A stretch of DNA of 64,000 nucleotides, from contig CAWJYV010000010.1 in the NCBI GenBank assembly GCA_963847185.1, forward strand, positions 640,001 to 704,000, read 5' to 3'. The stretch comes from an uncultured Methanosarcinaceae archaeon (GTDB taxonomy: Archaea > Halobacteriota > Methanosarcinia > Methanosarcinales > Methanosarcinaceae). A model generated the notes under the pieces. That model did not search any database. It was not told where the DNA came from and worked only from the letters and a program-made list of their open reading frames with translations. The translations under genes were made by a program, and so were the position numbers. Below are positions 20,265 to 30,646 of the stretch, piece after piece; the stretch's first letter is position 1; each line of letters opens with the position of its first letter.

Positions 20265-22253
20265 TCAGGGCTTGATATCAAGCACGTCCTCCACATATGC
20301 CCTGAGAATTTCTGCAACACTCCAGGCCTGGGCAATGCAGCCTCCAGGGGCATGAGGATAGTCACCATTAAACACTTCAGAAATCGTGCCGAGACCTGCG
20401 GTTTCAAGATGTGTATCAAAGCCCTCAATAAGAACCCGCATAGCTTCACGACTGTCTTTTGAATAATTGTGGACTTTCCGGTAAGCTTTCACATAGGCCC
20501 CAAGGAGCCAGGGCCAGGCTGTCCCGTTGTGGTAGGCCGTATCTCTAGTTACGGCGTCTCCATGATACTGTCCCTTATATATGGGATCATCACTCGAGAG
20601 AGTTTTGAGCCCAAAGGGTGTGAGAAGATCTTTTTCAACTCTATCCACAATTGCTTTTTCTTTATCAGGAGAAAGAATAGTATAAGGGAGCGATACGGCA
20701 AAGATTTGATTGGGACGGATTGCAGGATCTTTAACCTGGTTTCCTGCTTCATCCTGATATATCAGATCAAAGAGGCAATTAGTCTCAGGGTTCCAGAAAA
20801 CATCCTCAAAATTTGAGGCAACGCTGGCTGCAAGGGTCTCATATGGCGAAATGTCTTTGCCGAGAAGAATTCCCAAATTGGAAGCAGTCTTCAGGGCATT
20901 ATACCAGAGAGCATTTATCTCACAGGCTTTACCTGCTCTTGGGGTCACTGCCATTTCCCCTATCTTGGCATCCATCCAGGTTAGTTGAGGTCCCTGTTGA
21001 ATGAGATAGTCAAAATCCATTCCGATTCCAAAATCTGTACCTTTATGATAATTGTCTATAATAGTCTCTACAGTATCCCAGATGTCCGAGAGGAAGAGAA
21101 AGTTTTTCGTATATGCAAAGTAACGGCTAACAGCATGAATAAACCAGAGAGAAGCGTCAACTGTATTGTAGATCGGCTCCCCTCCGAAAACCGGGAAAGT
21201 ATTGGGGATTAAGCCTTTCCTACAGTACCTGGCAAAATTTTTGAGAACTGATCTGGCTTCCTCGTAACGATATGGAACCAAAAACAATCCAGGCAGAGAA
21301 ATCATGGTATCCCTTCCCCAGTCAGAGTACCAGTGATATCCTGCAATCACCGTATTTTCACCTGAAGAAGGATTTTTCACTATAAATGCATCAGTTGCCC
21401 TGAGAAGCTTGAGAGCGAAGGGTTCGATGAGCCTGGAATTGAGAGAAAGTAGATTCTGCCTATTTACTTCCCTTGTATAAAGCTCCTCAACTTGCTCGAG
21501 AGTAAAAGAGGAAATATCGTCTGTTGAAGCAACGATAAATATTTGAGAAGTTCCCATTTTGAGTTTGCTTTCGAAATAACCGGGACTGAAATTATCCTCC
21601 TGGGAGTTGCAGTCCCTTTGTTTCTCAACATCGTATTCGAAGTTGTAGTGCCAAACCGGATCAGGATAGTACTGAATATTAGACGAGAGCGAGAAGGTAA
21701 AACCATTAGAACTTTCCAGTTTTACTCCTGCATGACCAGCTTTCTGAGAAAAGGAAAGATACCCTGAACGAGTAGTGAAGTGAAAGTCTCTTGAATTTAC
21801 CAAAGGGAATATTTTTAGCAAAGCTTCCTCTTTTCTGGATGTTATATCATAAAGAACACAGGTTGTATTACTGTTATGGACCATGAAGACTATTTTCTTT
21901 ATGATAAAGTCTCCAGGCTCGTAAACCCAAACAGGAAACGGGTCGTAAATAAATTCTGAAAGATACTCGAAGCCTGCAGGAGAAATAACATCCGGATATT
22001 TATGGGCTGCAAGTTTATAAATTTCTTCATTCCCTCTACTAATTGCGATTTCTTCATCAAGGGAAGAAAGCAGCAAGAATCTCCCTGGGGAGTTCTCCGG
22101 AGCTGCCACAAGCAGTCCGTGGTAAGTCCTTGTTCCAGCTCCTATAACTGTAGAGGAAGCATATCCTCCAAGCCCATTTCCGGTAATCCACTCTCTTTTA
22201 ATTCCTTCTTCATATGTTGAAAGAGAATCTCTTCCAAGCCTGACCCCACTCAT
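20265..22253 (-). CDS. Amylo-alpha-1,6-glucosidase (glycogen debranching enzyme, archaeal type)
   Basis: EWITGNGLGGYAS, AGYHWYSDWGRDTMIS, LTWMDAK, RPNQIFA, YHNGTAWPW, GCIAQAWS. Confidence 0.95.
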   Translation of the reverse strand: MSGVRLGRDSLSTYEEGIKREWITGNGLGGYASSTVIGAGTRTYHGLLVAAPENSPGRFLLLSSLDEEIAISRGNEEIYKLAAHKYPDVISPAGFEYLSEFIYDPFPVWVYEPGDFIIKKIVFMVHNSNTTCVLYDITSRKEEALLKIFPLVNSRDFHFTTRSGYLSFSQKAGHAGVKLESSNGFTFSLSSNIQYYPDPVWHYNFEYDVEKQRDCNSQEDNFSPGYFESKLKMGTSQIFIVASTDDISSFTLEQVEELYTREVNRQNLLSLNSRLIEPFALKLLRATDAFIVKNPSSGENTVIAGYHWYSDWGRDTMISLPGLFLVPYRYEEARSVLKNFARYCRKGLIPNTFPVFGGEPIYNTVDASLWFIHAVSRYFAYTKNFLFLSDIWDTVETIIDNYHKGTDFGIGMDFDYLIQQGPQLTWMDAKIGEMAVTPRAGKACEINALWYNALKTASNLGILLGKDISPYETLAASVASNFEDVFWNPETNCLFDLIYQDEAGNQVKDPAIRPNQIFAVSLPYTILSPDKEKAIVDRVEKDLLTPFGLKTLSSDDPIYKGQYHGDAVTRDTAYHNGTAWPWLLGAYVKAYRKVHNYSKDSREAMRVLIEGFDTHLETAGLGTISEVFNGDYPHAPGGCIAQAWSVAEILRAYVEDVLDIKP

Positions 22254-22377
22254 GTATATTTGATTAGGATTGATTTGTTAAATAGCTGTACGTTTGGAAA
22301 AAAACAATCCCTTTATGAATTGTTCTTTTTACATACTTGAATTCTCTATCGTATTCTTTTTTCCTTCTAAAAGTCGC

Positions 22378-23367
22378 TTACAGAGGGGAAGCAGGTACAG
22401 GACTGCGTCTGGCAAAGGCGGCCTTGAGATGGTCATTCGCCAGACCAATTGCGCTGCAAGTGGCAGGTGTACCCGCAAGTGCGTTTAGCATCACGAAATC
22501 GTGTATAGTTCCAAGGTATCTAACGGCTGTAACATTAACACCTGCTTGAATCAGCTTATGAGCATACGCTTCACCTTCGTCACGGAGCACATCATTTTCA
22601 TCAGTGATAATAAGAGCTGGCGGCTGTCCTTTAAGCTGATCAATTGAGGCCTGTAGCGGGGATGCTGTCGGTTGTCTGCTCGCTTCTTCGTCAGGTAAAT
22701 AGTTGTCCCAGAACCACTTCATAGCCTCACGGGTGAGCCAGATGTCGGTTGCAAACTTCTGATATGAAGGGGTATCGAAATTGGCATCAGTAACAGGATA
22801 AAAGAGTACCTGATAATCAATTTTCGGGCCTCCACGCTCCTTTGCCAGCAGCAGGACCGCTGCTGCCATATTCCCGCCTACGCTATCTCCGGCAACTGCT
22901 AACCTTGAAGAGTCCAGGTTGAGTTTTTTCCCGTTCTCTGCAATATACTTCGTCGCTGAGTATGCCTCTTCTATAGGTGTCGGGTATTTTGCCTCCGGGG
23001 ACGGCGTGAAATTCACAAACACAACTGCAGCATTAGCTCCGCTGGCAATTTCCCTGACCAATCGATCATGCGTATTTTTGTCCCCAAGCACCCAGCCGCC
23101 TCCATGGAAATACATCACGACTGGCAGGGTCTCTTTGATTCCTTTTGGCCTTGTTATTGTAATCGAAACCTGTCCATTAGGACCGGCTGGGATGTTCAGA
23201 TTTTCAATATCAACAGGCAGTTTTGCAACTTCCCCTGCCTGTAAATCGGAAAGAACTTTACGGGCATCTTTGGGTGATAGTTTGTAAATCGGAGTTCCAC
23301 CCTGCTTGTTTACTTTTTCTACAAATGCTCTGGTTGTTGGTTCCAGTGATTCGATGATTTGATTCAT
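22378..23367 (-). CDS. Alpha/beta hydrolase, HSL-family esterase
   Basis: HGGGW oxyanion motif, GDSVGG nucleophile, DVLRDEG, HDF. Confidence 0.95.
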   Translation of the reverse strand: MNQIIESLEPTTRAFVEKVNKQGGTPIYKLSPKDARKVLSDLQAGEVAKLPVDIENLNIPAGPNGQVSITITRPKGIKETLPVVMYFHGGGWVLGDKNTHDRLVREIASGANAAVVFVNFTPSPEAKYPTPIEEAYSATKYIAENGKKLNLDSSRLAVAGDSVGGNMAAAVLLLAKERGGPKIDYQVLFYPVTDANFDTPSYQKFATDIWLTREAMKWFWDNYLPDEEASRQPTASPLQASIDQLKGQPPALIITDENDVLRDEGEAYAHKLIQAGVNVTAVRYLGTIHDFVMLNALAGTPATCSAIGLANDHLKAAFARRSPVPASPL

Positions 23368-23851
23368 GAATTATCCCCCTTAGCTTGCTTTTATTCGTAA
23401 TTTGATTGATGTAATTAGTAATGCAAAAAATAATCTCAGAGTCCACCTGCAATTACAGGATTGATGTTCAAAATCACTATAGGATTCCCTATGGGAATTG
23501 CAGATATCATTTAGAGCAAATAATTTAGTTAAACATGCGCCTGGTTTTCTTTGTTAACAGGTAAAACTGGACTACTGTTGAGCAGATATATAACTGAGAA
23601 ATTTATATAATTAATAGAATAAATTTTCCTTATGAATAGTAATCTCTAAAAAGAGCAAAAATAAAAAAGTTCAGAAGAAAGAAGGGGCATGACAGAAACA
23701 ATTTTTGCCTCGAATTTCTACCTGCTGCTTTTAAAAATCTTGTAGCAGGAAAAACATAATTAGCTGCCGTAGAAAAATCATTTCAATAAGATTCTACGTT
23801 TTAAACAAAATCCGGGGAGATTTGAAGTAAATTATCAAGGGGTTAAAAAGC

Positions 23852-25000
23852 ATGACATATACCTTTCTGAATCCAAAGATAGCCCTTATGGGCGCTGGCT
23901 GTGTAAAAGAAATTGGCAAGCATGCAAAAGATCTTGGGGCTACAAAAGCCCTGATAGTTTCCGGCAAAAGCAGGCATGGAGAAGAGCTCGCACGAGATAT
24001 TTACAGGATTCTTGAAAAAGAAGGCCTGGAAGCAACAATCTTTGCAGGAGCAGATCCGAATCCGACCGATACTTCGGCTATGGAAGGAGCGGATATCTAC
24101 AGAAAAGAAGATTGCAATATAATAATTGCTGTCGGAGGCGGAAGCCCGATGGACTGTGCCAAGGCAGTTGGCATTGTGGTATATAATGGCGGATTGATCA
24201 ATGATTATGAAGGCATCGGAAAAGTTACGAAAGGAATTCCTCCTCTCATTACGATAAACACAACCGCTGGCACTGCAAGCGAAATGACAAGTTTTACAAT
24301 TATTACGGACACGAAAAGGCACATCAAAATGGCAATTGTTGACCCTCGAATTACACCTGACATAGCGGTCAACGACCCTGAACTTATGGTAAGCATGCCG
24401 CCTGCACTTACAGCTGCAACCGGAATGGACGCCCTTACACATGCAGTTGAAGCTTATGTTTCTACCATGGCTACCCCGACAACCGATGCGGCTGCTATCA
24501 AGGCAATCGAGCTTATCTCAAAATATCTGCCTGAAGCCGTTGCTCACGGAGAGGATGTAAGGACAAGAGACATGATGGCTCATGCCGAATATCTCGCAGG
24601 CATCGCATTCAATAATGCAAGTCTTGGCTACGTGCATTCCATGGCTCACCAGCTTGGAGGGTATTATAACCTTCCGCACGGTGTTTGTAACGCTATTCTT
24701 CTTCCCTATGTGGAGATGTACAATAAGCAGGTAGTCCCCGAACGTTTTGCAGACATTGCACGGGCAATGGGAGAAAAAGTTGAGGGATTGAGTCCTGAAG
24801 AAGCTGCAGATAAAGCCATAGATGCCATTAAAAAGCTTGCATCAAAAATTGGAATTCCCTCCGGTTTAAAAGAGCTTGGGGCAAGGGAAGAAGACCTGGA
24901 ACTTCTGGCTGAAAATGCCATGAAGGACGTCTGCAGGCTCACAAATCCCAGAGATCTCTCAAGAGAGGAAATTATCGAGATTTACAAGAAAGCCATGTAA
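23852..25000 (+). CDS. Iron-containing alcohol dehydrogenase
   Basis: GGGSPMD, TTAGTASE, DALTHAVE, HSMAHQLGG, PHG. Confidence 0.95.
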   Translation: MTYTFLNPKIALMGAGCVKEIGKHAKDLGATKALIVSGKSRHGEELARDIYRILEKEGLEATIFAGADPNPTDTSAMEGADIYRKEDCNIIIAVGGGSPMDCAKAVGIVVYNGGLINDYEGIGKVTKGIPPLITINTTAGTASEMTSFTIITDTKRHIKMAIVDPRITPDIAVNDPELMVSMPPALTAATGMDALTHAVEAYVSTMATPTTDAAAIKAIELISKYLPEAVAHGEDVRTRDMMAHAEYLAGIAFNNASLGYVHSMAHQLGGYYNLPHGVCNAILLPYVEMYNKQVVPERFADIARAMGEKVEGLSPEEAADKAIDAIKKLASKIGIPSGLKELGAREEDLELLAENAMKDVCRLTNPRDLSREEIIEIYKKAM

Positions 25001-25114
25001 TTTCACAGAAAAGAGATTTAATTTGAGACTTTGCAGGAAAACGATGAATCTGAAGAAACACTTTAAATTAAGAATGCAAAATTCTTTGGAAAATGGGCGA
25101 GATGTTAAGTTAAT

Positions 25115-25243
25115 GAACTCATCCCAAAACTTGAAATTTGCTTCTTATGCCTCATATTTTGAATGATCAATCAAGCTCATAATCACGAAAATAATTCTGA
25201 GAATCCCCAACGATAAGAATAAAGTGGCTTTTGGGATAGGCTC
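25115..25243. mobile_element. MITE, family A (complete copy)
   Basis: GAACTCATCCCAAAA...TTTTGGGATAGGCTC imperfect terminal inverted repeats (TIRs), with AAT on both flanks. Related copies at 7100 and ~39548. Confidence 0.65.
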
Positions 25244-25545
25244 AATAACTTGGCAATTTAATCCATAGTCTGCTCCTTTGCAAAGCTTATGGACTCATAC
25301 GTGCCAAATTATAAATTGGTTTGAATAAATAGTAATACACGTTATCTGCGTGGGGGAGACTTCTGGAACAATTCCACGAGCCGCCAGTCTGGACCCTGAT
25401 GGAGCAAATTTGAGCGTTACTACGATTTCCAGAAAAAGGCTTACCATTAATTCTCTCCTATTTTTTGACAGGATAAAATAGGCGCTCTGCAAGGTAAGTT
25501 ACCTGCACTGCAATAATAAACAAACAGAAACAAACGGAGGGATTT

Positions 25546-26076
25546 TTGACGCGAAGAATCATGGGAAATTCCAAAAGCCATGGAGCAGAAAGCAAACACA
25601 TCTACAAGATGCATGAAAAACTCGTTTCTATAGGGGATGATTACTGGATAGAAAATGAGGAAGGAAAGAAAGAATTCTACGTAGATGGCAAAGTACTACG
25701 CCTGCGTGAGACCCTTATTTTCAAGGATGCGCAGGGAAACGACATGTACAAAATACAAGAAAAGTTGCTCCATATAAGGGACACAATGGACATCAAAAGA
25801 GCAGATGACGGCCTCGCCGCAACAGTCAAAAAAGCTCTTATTACCATCTTACGGGACAAATGGAAAGTTGAAATTCCAGATGGGCCTGATATGGAAATTC
25901 ATGGCAATATTCTGGACCATGAGTATAGGATTGACTCGGAAGGAGAAAGAATCGCAGAAATCTCAAAGAAATGGTTCCGAATAAGAGATACTTATGGAGT
26001 TGAGATTGAACCCGGACAGGACACTGCGCTTATCCTGGCGATTACAGCAGCGATCGATCAGATGGCTCACGACTGA
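25546..26076 (+). CDS. LURP-one-related / scramblase-like protein
   Basis: KLVSIGDDYWIE...VDGK.LR.R...GNILDHEY...SKKWFRIRDTYGVEI. Confidence 0.85.
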   Translation: MTRRIMGNSKSHGAESKHIYKMHEKLVSIGDDYWIENEEGKKEFYVDGKVLRLRETLIFKDAQGNDMYKIQEKLLHIRDTMDIKRADDGLAATVKKALITILRDKWKVEIPDGPDMEIHGNILDHEYRIDSEGERIAEISKKWFRIRDTYGVEIEPGQDTALILAITAAIDQMAHD

Positions 26077-26214
26077 TAAAAGAGCAAGAAGAGGGGTTGA
26101 GACTGATTTTTGTATTCATTAGCTAATTGGAAATGTGTTCTCTCTTTATGTTTTAAGACTCACTTGTCTCTCACTTCTCAATAATGTGGCTGATACATAA
26201 AGGAGTTGCAGATA

Positions 26215-27264
26215 ATGAATATGAGTGGCAGTTCAATACCAGCTAAAATTTTACTCTACAGCACTCTTGCTGTTATACTTACATTGGGAATGAGAGAGAT
26301 AGCTCCTATACTCACGACCATTATTTTCTCTATATTCGTTGCACTGCTTTTTACCCCGCTTGTCCGCTGGCTGAAAAAAAAAGGGATTCCAGGTGGATTG
26401 AGTGTTATTCTGGTAATTTTGTTACTCTCTCTAATTATCCTGATTCTCGGGATAATAGTCGTCAGAGCGGCTCTCCAGTTTGGAAGCCAGATTCCGATAT
26501 ATCAGGATCAATTAACTTCTTTCATGATTAATTTTGCAAAATATATCCCTTCATACGAAGGTTTTTCCGTACAGTCAATTGTTCGCGGTACAGTATCAAT
26601 TACGATCTCTCTTATGATAAGCATTGTTAATGGAATTGTAAACGCCGGGACAACAGTCGGAATTATTGTGGTTACAGCAGCATTTTTGCTAATAGATGCC
26701 TCCAATGCTCCTGAAAAAGCAGATCATGAGCTTGGAAAGCAATCTGAACTCAGATTGAGGCTGGGTAGTTTTAGCAAGAAGCTGGTAAAATTTATTGTCA
26801 TAAGAGCAGAAGTAAATATTATCACAGCCACAGCAATCGCTCTTCTTCTCTTTATAGGAGGTATTGACTACGCTATTCTCTGGGGGGTTCTTATATTCCT
26901 GCTAAGCTATATCCCTTACATCGGTCTGGTTGTAGCTTCAATTCCTCCCATAATGCTTGCGATTTTTAAGTATGGGCCTTTAGGTGCCCTTGCAGTCATT
27001 CTAATTATCTTCGTTGTTGACGCGCTTGCAGAAAATATTCTTTTTCCGTCACTTATGGGAAAAGGTGTGCAATTATCTCCTGCTTTTTTATTTGTTGCTC
27101 TACTCTACTGGAATTTCGTGCTTGGACTTGGAGGTGTGCTGCTTTCCATACCTCTTACAATTGTTTTAAAAATTTTACTTGAAAGCTTTGAGGAAACAAG
27201 ATGGCTGGCCAGATTAATGGGTCCAGCAGATGATATTGAGAATGGGGAAATAAGCATCACATGA
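26215..27264 (+). CDS. AI-2E (UPF0118) family transporter
   Basis: Hydrophobic, SYIPYIG, PSLMGKGVQLSP, LSIPLT motifs. Start taken at the ATG after AAGGAG. Confidence 0.9.
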   Translation: MNMSGSSIPAKILLYSTLAVILTLGMREIAPILTTIIFSIFVALLFTPLVRWLKKKGIPGGLSVILVILLLSLIILILGIIVVRAALQFGSQIPIYQDQLTSFMINFAKYIPSYEGFSVQSIVRGTVSITISLMISIVNGIVNAGTTVGIIVVTAAFLLIDASNAPEKADHELGKQSELRLRLGSFSKKLVKFIVIRAEVNIITATAIALLLFIGGIDYAILWGVLIFLLSYIPYIGLVVASIPPIMLAIFKYGPLGALAVILIIFVVDALAENILFPSLMGKGVQLSPAFLFVALLYWNFVLGLGGVLLSIPLTIVLKILLESFEETRWLARLMGPADDIENGEISIT

Positions 27265-27284
27265 GATAAACTGTAAACCGACAT

Positions 27285-27324
27285 GGAGGAGTTGTAAAAT
27301 ATGAGGAGGAGTTGTAAAATATGA
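27285..27324 (+). repeat. 20-bp tandem duplication of SD + ATG
   Basis: GGAGGAGTTGTAAAATATGA x2. Confidence 0.9.
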
Positions 27325-28373
27325 AAATGAATAACAGTTCAGTACCAGCCAGGATTCTGGTATACAGTACTTTTGCTGTCATCCTGACAATAGGAATGAA
27401 GGAAATATCTTCTATACTTACAACCATCTTTTTCTCTATCTTCGTTGCCCTGATATTTACTCCGCTTGTCCGCTGGTTCAAGAGAAAAGGTATTCCCGGA
27501 GTACTGAGTGTGCTTCTGGTAATTTTGTTATTAACTCTAATTATCTCTGTTCTTGCGGTTGTAGTCGTTGGAGCCGCAGTCCAGATTGGAAACCAGCTTC
27601 CAAACTATCAAAGCCGGCTTATAGAGATTCTGGAAGAACTCTCACCACATCTTCCATCTACTGAAGAATTATCCCTGCAGTCCATTATTCGCAGCATTGC
27701 GTCAGTTGCAATCAGCCTTACGGTAAGCATCCTTAACGGACTTATAAATGCCGGGACAACAGTAGGAATAATTATAGTCACAGCGGCATTTTTGCTGCTG
27801 GGTGATGCTGGAGATCAGGAAAAAGCAGAAGAACAACCCATACTCAAATCACGGCTAAATAAGTTTGGCAAAGGTCTTGTGGAGTTTATCGTAATAAGAA
27901 CAGAAGTAAACCTTGTGACAGCTATTGGAATTACAGTAATTCTTCTCATAGGGGGTATTGATTTTGCAATTTTCTGGGGCATAATGGCATTTTTTCTCGG
28001 TTATATTCCATACATCGGCCTGGCTTTAACTGCAATCCCTCCAGCTGTTTTCGGGCTGCTCCAATATGGGATTGTAGGCTCTCTAGCTGTGATTATAGCT
28101 ATCTCGATAGTTAATGCGCTCACAGAAAACGTAATCTTTCCTTCACTCGCAGGGAGAGGCCTCAAACTATCTCCGGCTATTGTATTTCTTTCCCTTCTCT
28201 ACTGGAATTATGTGCTTGGAGCTACAGGAATGCTGCTTTCCACGCCTCTTGCTATGGTCTTAAAGATTATTCTGGAGAGCTTTGAGGAAACTAAATGGCT
28301 GGCCAGATTGATGGGGCCAGATGGAAATGGAGCAGAAGGTGAAGAAAACGAGAGGCAGGAAAAAGGAAGTTGA
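27321..28373 (+). CDS. AI-2E family transporter (tandem paralog)
   Basis: Collinear and highly similar to the upstream gene (e.g. NAGTTVGIIIVTAAFLL, ESFEET.WLARLMGP). Confidence 0.9.
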   Translation: MKMNNSSVPARILVYSTFAVILTIGMKEISSILTTIFFSIFVALIFTPLVRWFKRKGIPGVLSVLLVILLLTLIISVLAVVVVGAAVQIGNQLPNYQSRLIEILEELSPHLPSTEELSLQSIIRSIASVAISLTVSILNGLINAGTTVGIIIVTAAFLLLGDAGDQEKAEEQPILKSRLNKFGKGLVEFIVIRTEVNLVTAIGITVILLIGGIDFAIFWGIMAFFLGYIPYIGLALTAIPPAVFGLLQYGIVGSLAVIIAISIVNALTENVIFPSLAGRGLKLSPAIVFLSLLYWNYVLGATGMLLSTPLAMVLKIILESFEETKWLARLMGPDGNGAEGEENERQEKGS

Positions 28374-28693
28374 AATTCCGGAAGATGAAAAGGTACTTTG
28401 AAGCTATCGGTTTCGTAAAGAGCCAATTAAATTCGATTCTAGTCTTATGCCGATTTAATCTTAATTCTAATCTTAATTTTAATATTATATATGTTAATTC
28501 ATATATATTTTGAGTTTTATACTTGTTTTTACCAATAATGATGTGACTGCTTTTTGACTGCAGAGTTCTTTATAGGGGGAAAAAACACAGGAAGCATTGG
28601 AGGTCCCATTAATCATTCATATGACCCTTCCGCCCTTCAACAGCGCAGCAAAAACTGGAAAGCAGAAGCAGAGTCTTGACTGGGGGATAGTGA

Positions 28694-29254
28694 ATGGATG
28701 AAATAATTTTTGGGCCGATGCAGCTCTTAGTTATTGTATTCGATAATCCGAATTTTCACGGCCAGATTCGGCGTGAACTTGAGTCAGTAATGAATAAAGG
28801 AATGATCAGGCTTATTGACCTGCTGTTTGTGTGGAAAGACGAAGATGGGAACATCAAGTCCCTTGAAACTACACAGCTGAACGAAGAGGAGAGAATGCGT
28901 TTCGGTGCTGTTATAGGGGGACTTATTGGGTATGGAGCCGGCGGTGAAGAAGGAGTTAGAGGAGGCACTGAGGCTGGAATCCTGGCAGCGGCTCAGGAGA
29001 ATTACGGAATCACTGAAGAGGATATTCTTGAGATAACCGAAGCCATCCCAGACGGTACCGCCGCTGCTATCCTTATTATCGAACATCTCTGGGCAAAAAG
29101 TCTGAAACAGGCAATCCGGGATGCAGGAGGAATACTGATCTCGCAGGGAATGCTCACACCTGAACTGCTCATGGCAGTAGGGGAAGAACTGGCAGAGGCT
29201 GTTAATTTTGCAGAGAAGAAGAAAAAGGGATCTCAGGCAGCGACTCCCTTCTGA
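28694..29254 (+). CDS. DUF6325/DUF1269-like protein
   Basis: GPMQLLVIVF...IRLIDLLFVWKD...AAAILIIEHLWA...AIRDAGG pattern. Confidence 0.65.
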   Translation: MDEIIFGPMQLLVIVFDNPNFHGQIRRELESVMNKGMIRLIDLLFVWKDEDGNIKSLETTQLNEEERMRFGAVIGGLIGYGAGGEEGVRGGTEAGILAAAQENYGITEEDILEITEAIPDGTAAAILIIEHLWAKSLKQAIRDAGGILISQGMLTPELLMAVGEELAEAVNFAEKKKKGSQAATPF

Positions 29255-29761
29255 AGTATGCCTGCTTAAACTGCCACTATATTCAATGTCGTAATTGAAA
29301 ATAGAGAAGTAAAGCATTTATTCTCTATTGGCGGCCGAAGATTCAAAAGCTGTCGCGGAAGGAAGAAAGCCGGCCAAGAAGGGAGGAATTAAAAACGAGA
29401 ACTCAAATAGTTCAGGCATGGCCTGAATCTTTTGTATTTATTGAATATATAAACTGAGGGATTAGGGGGGAAAAATCCAGATTTTTTCAACCGACCCCGA
29501 ATCCGGTTTAAATGAGCTACATAATTCTCAAAAATTTGCAATGTGTGTTTACAAAAAGTAATTGCATTGAGTCGCTTATGGGAATTTCTGTGCCTCTACA
29601 AAGCCGACTCTAATCCTGATATCTTTACCTGTAATTTTTGAAAATTAGCTATTTTAACACTCAGTTTCAGAATCCGGACATACCCTTAAGTTATATATAA
29701 ATCGCTAATTTACTCAAGTCGCTAGTTGACTCAGTGAAAAAACTCCGATGGAAGGTAAAGC

Positions 29762-30571
29762 ATGCTAAAAGCCATCGTTTCAAGTGTATTTTTTATTGTC
29801 GCATCGAGTCTTAGTAAGGAGATAGACAGGATATTTGCGCAGCATCAACAGCAAAAGCAGGTCATTGTCACTGAAGAGATGCTGCAAAAACTTCCAGAGC
29901 CTGTAAAAAGATATCTTGCATATACTGGAGTAGTTGGCAAACCGATGGTTCAAAAGGTAAGGCTTAAGCAGATAGGGAAAATTAGAAAAGATTTCACACA
30001 ACCCTGGATGAATTTTGAGGCTAAGCAATACTATTCCGTAAGTCCGCCTGGTTTCGTATGGGTTGCACATATGAAATTTTTCGGTTTGCCGTTTGTGCGG
30101 GTGAGAGATTATTATATGGAAGGAAAGGGCAGTATTCTGGTGAAAGCTCTTTCATTACTCACAATTGGTAATTCTGAAGGTAAGGAAATGGATCAGGGGG
30201 CAATGATGCGTTACCTTAACGAAATGATGTGGTTTCCATCGGCTTTTTTGGGAAAGAATGTTTCTTTCGAATATATTGATGCCAATTCAGCGAGAGTAAC
30301 GCTGAAGGACATTGATAAAAGTGTGACAGCAATAATGTACTTTGATGACGAAGGAAAATTGACAAACTTCATGGCTCCGCGTTATCGAGATATGGGCAAA
30401 GATAGATTTGAATTTGAACATTGGTCCACTCCGATTCGAGAATACGGTGAATTTGAAGGGCTCAACCTCCCCCGAAAAGGATCGGGAGTCTGGAATTTAA
30501 AAGAAGGCGATCTGGAATATATTGACGTAACCGTGACCGATTTAAATTATAACCCGGATGGGCCTTATTGA
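29762..30571 (+). CDS. Conserved hypothetical protein (DUF6544-like)
   Basis: LPEPVKRYL, AKQYY...PGFVW, RYLNEMMWFPSA pattern. Confidence 0.65.
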   Translation: MLKAIVSSVFFIVASSLSKEIDRIFAQHQQQKQVIVTEEMLQKLPEPVKRYLAYTGVVGKPMVQKVRLKQIGKIRKDFTQPWMNFEAKQYYSVSPPGFVWVAHMKFFGLPFVRVRDYYMEGKGSILVKALSLLTIGNSEGKEMDQGAMMRYLNEMMWFPSAFLGKNVSFEYIDANSARVTLKDIDKSVTAIMYFDDEGKLTNFMAPRYRDMGKDRFEFEHWSTPIREYGEFEGLNLPRKGSGVWNLKEGDLEYIDVTVTDLNYNPDGPY

Positions 30572-30646
30572 AGATCCTTGGGCTTATTAAGGAGTCTCTT
30601 TGAAGAATTAAAGGCAGCTTTAGTTATCCTTTCAACTTTCGGGTCA

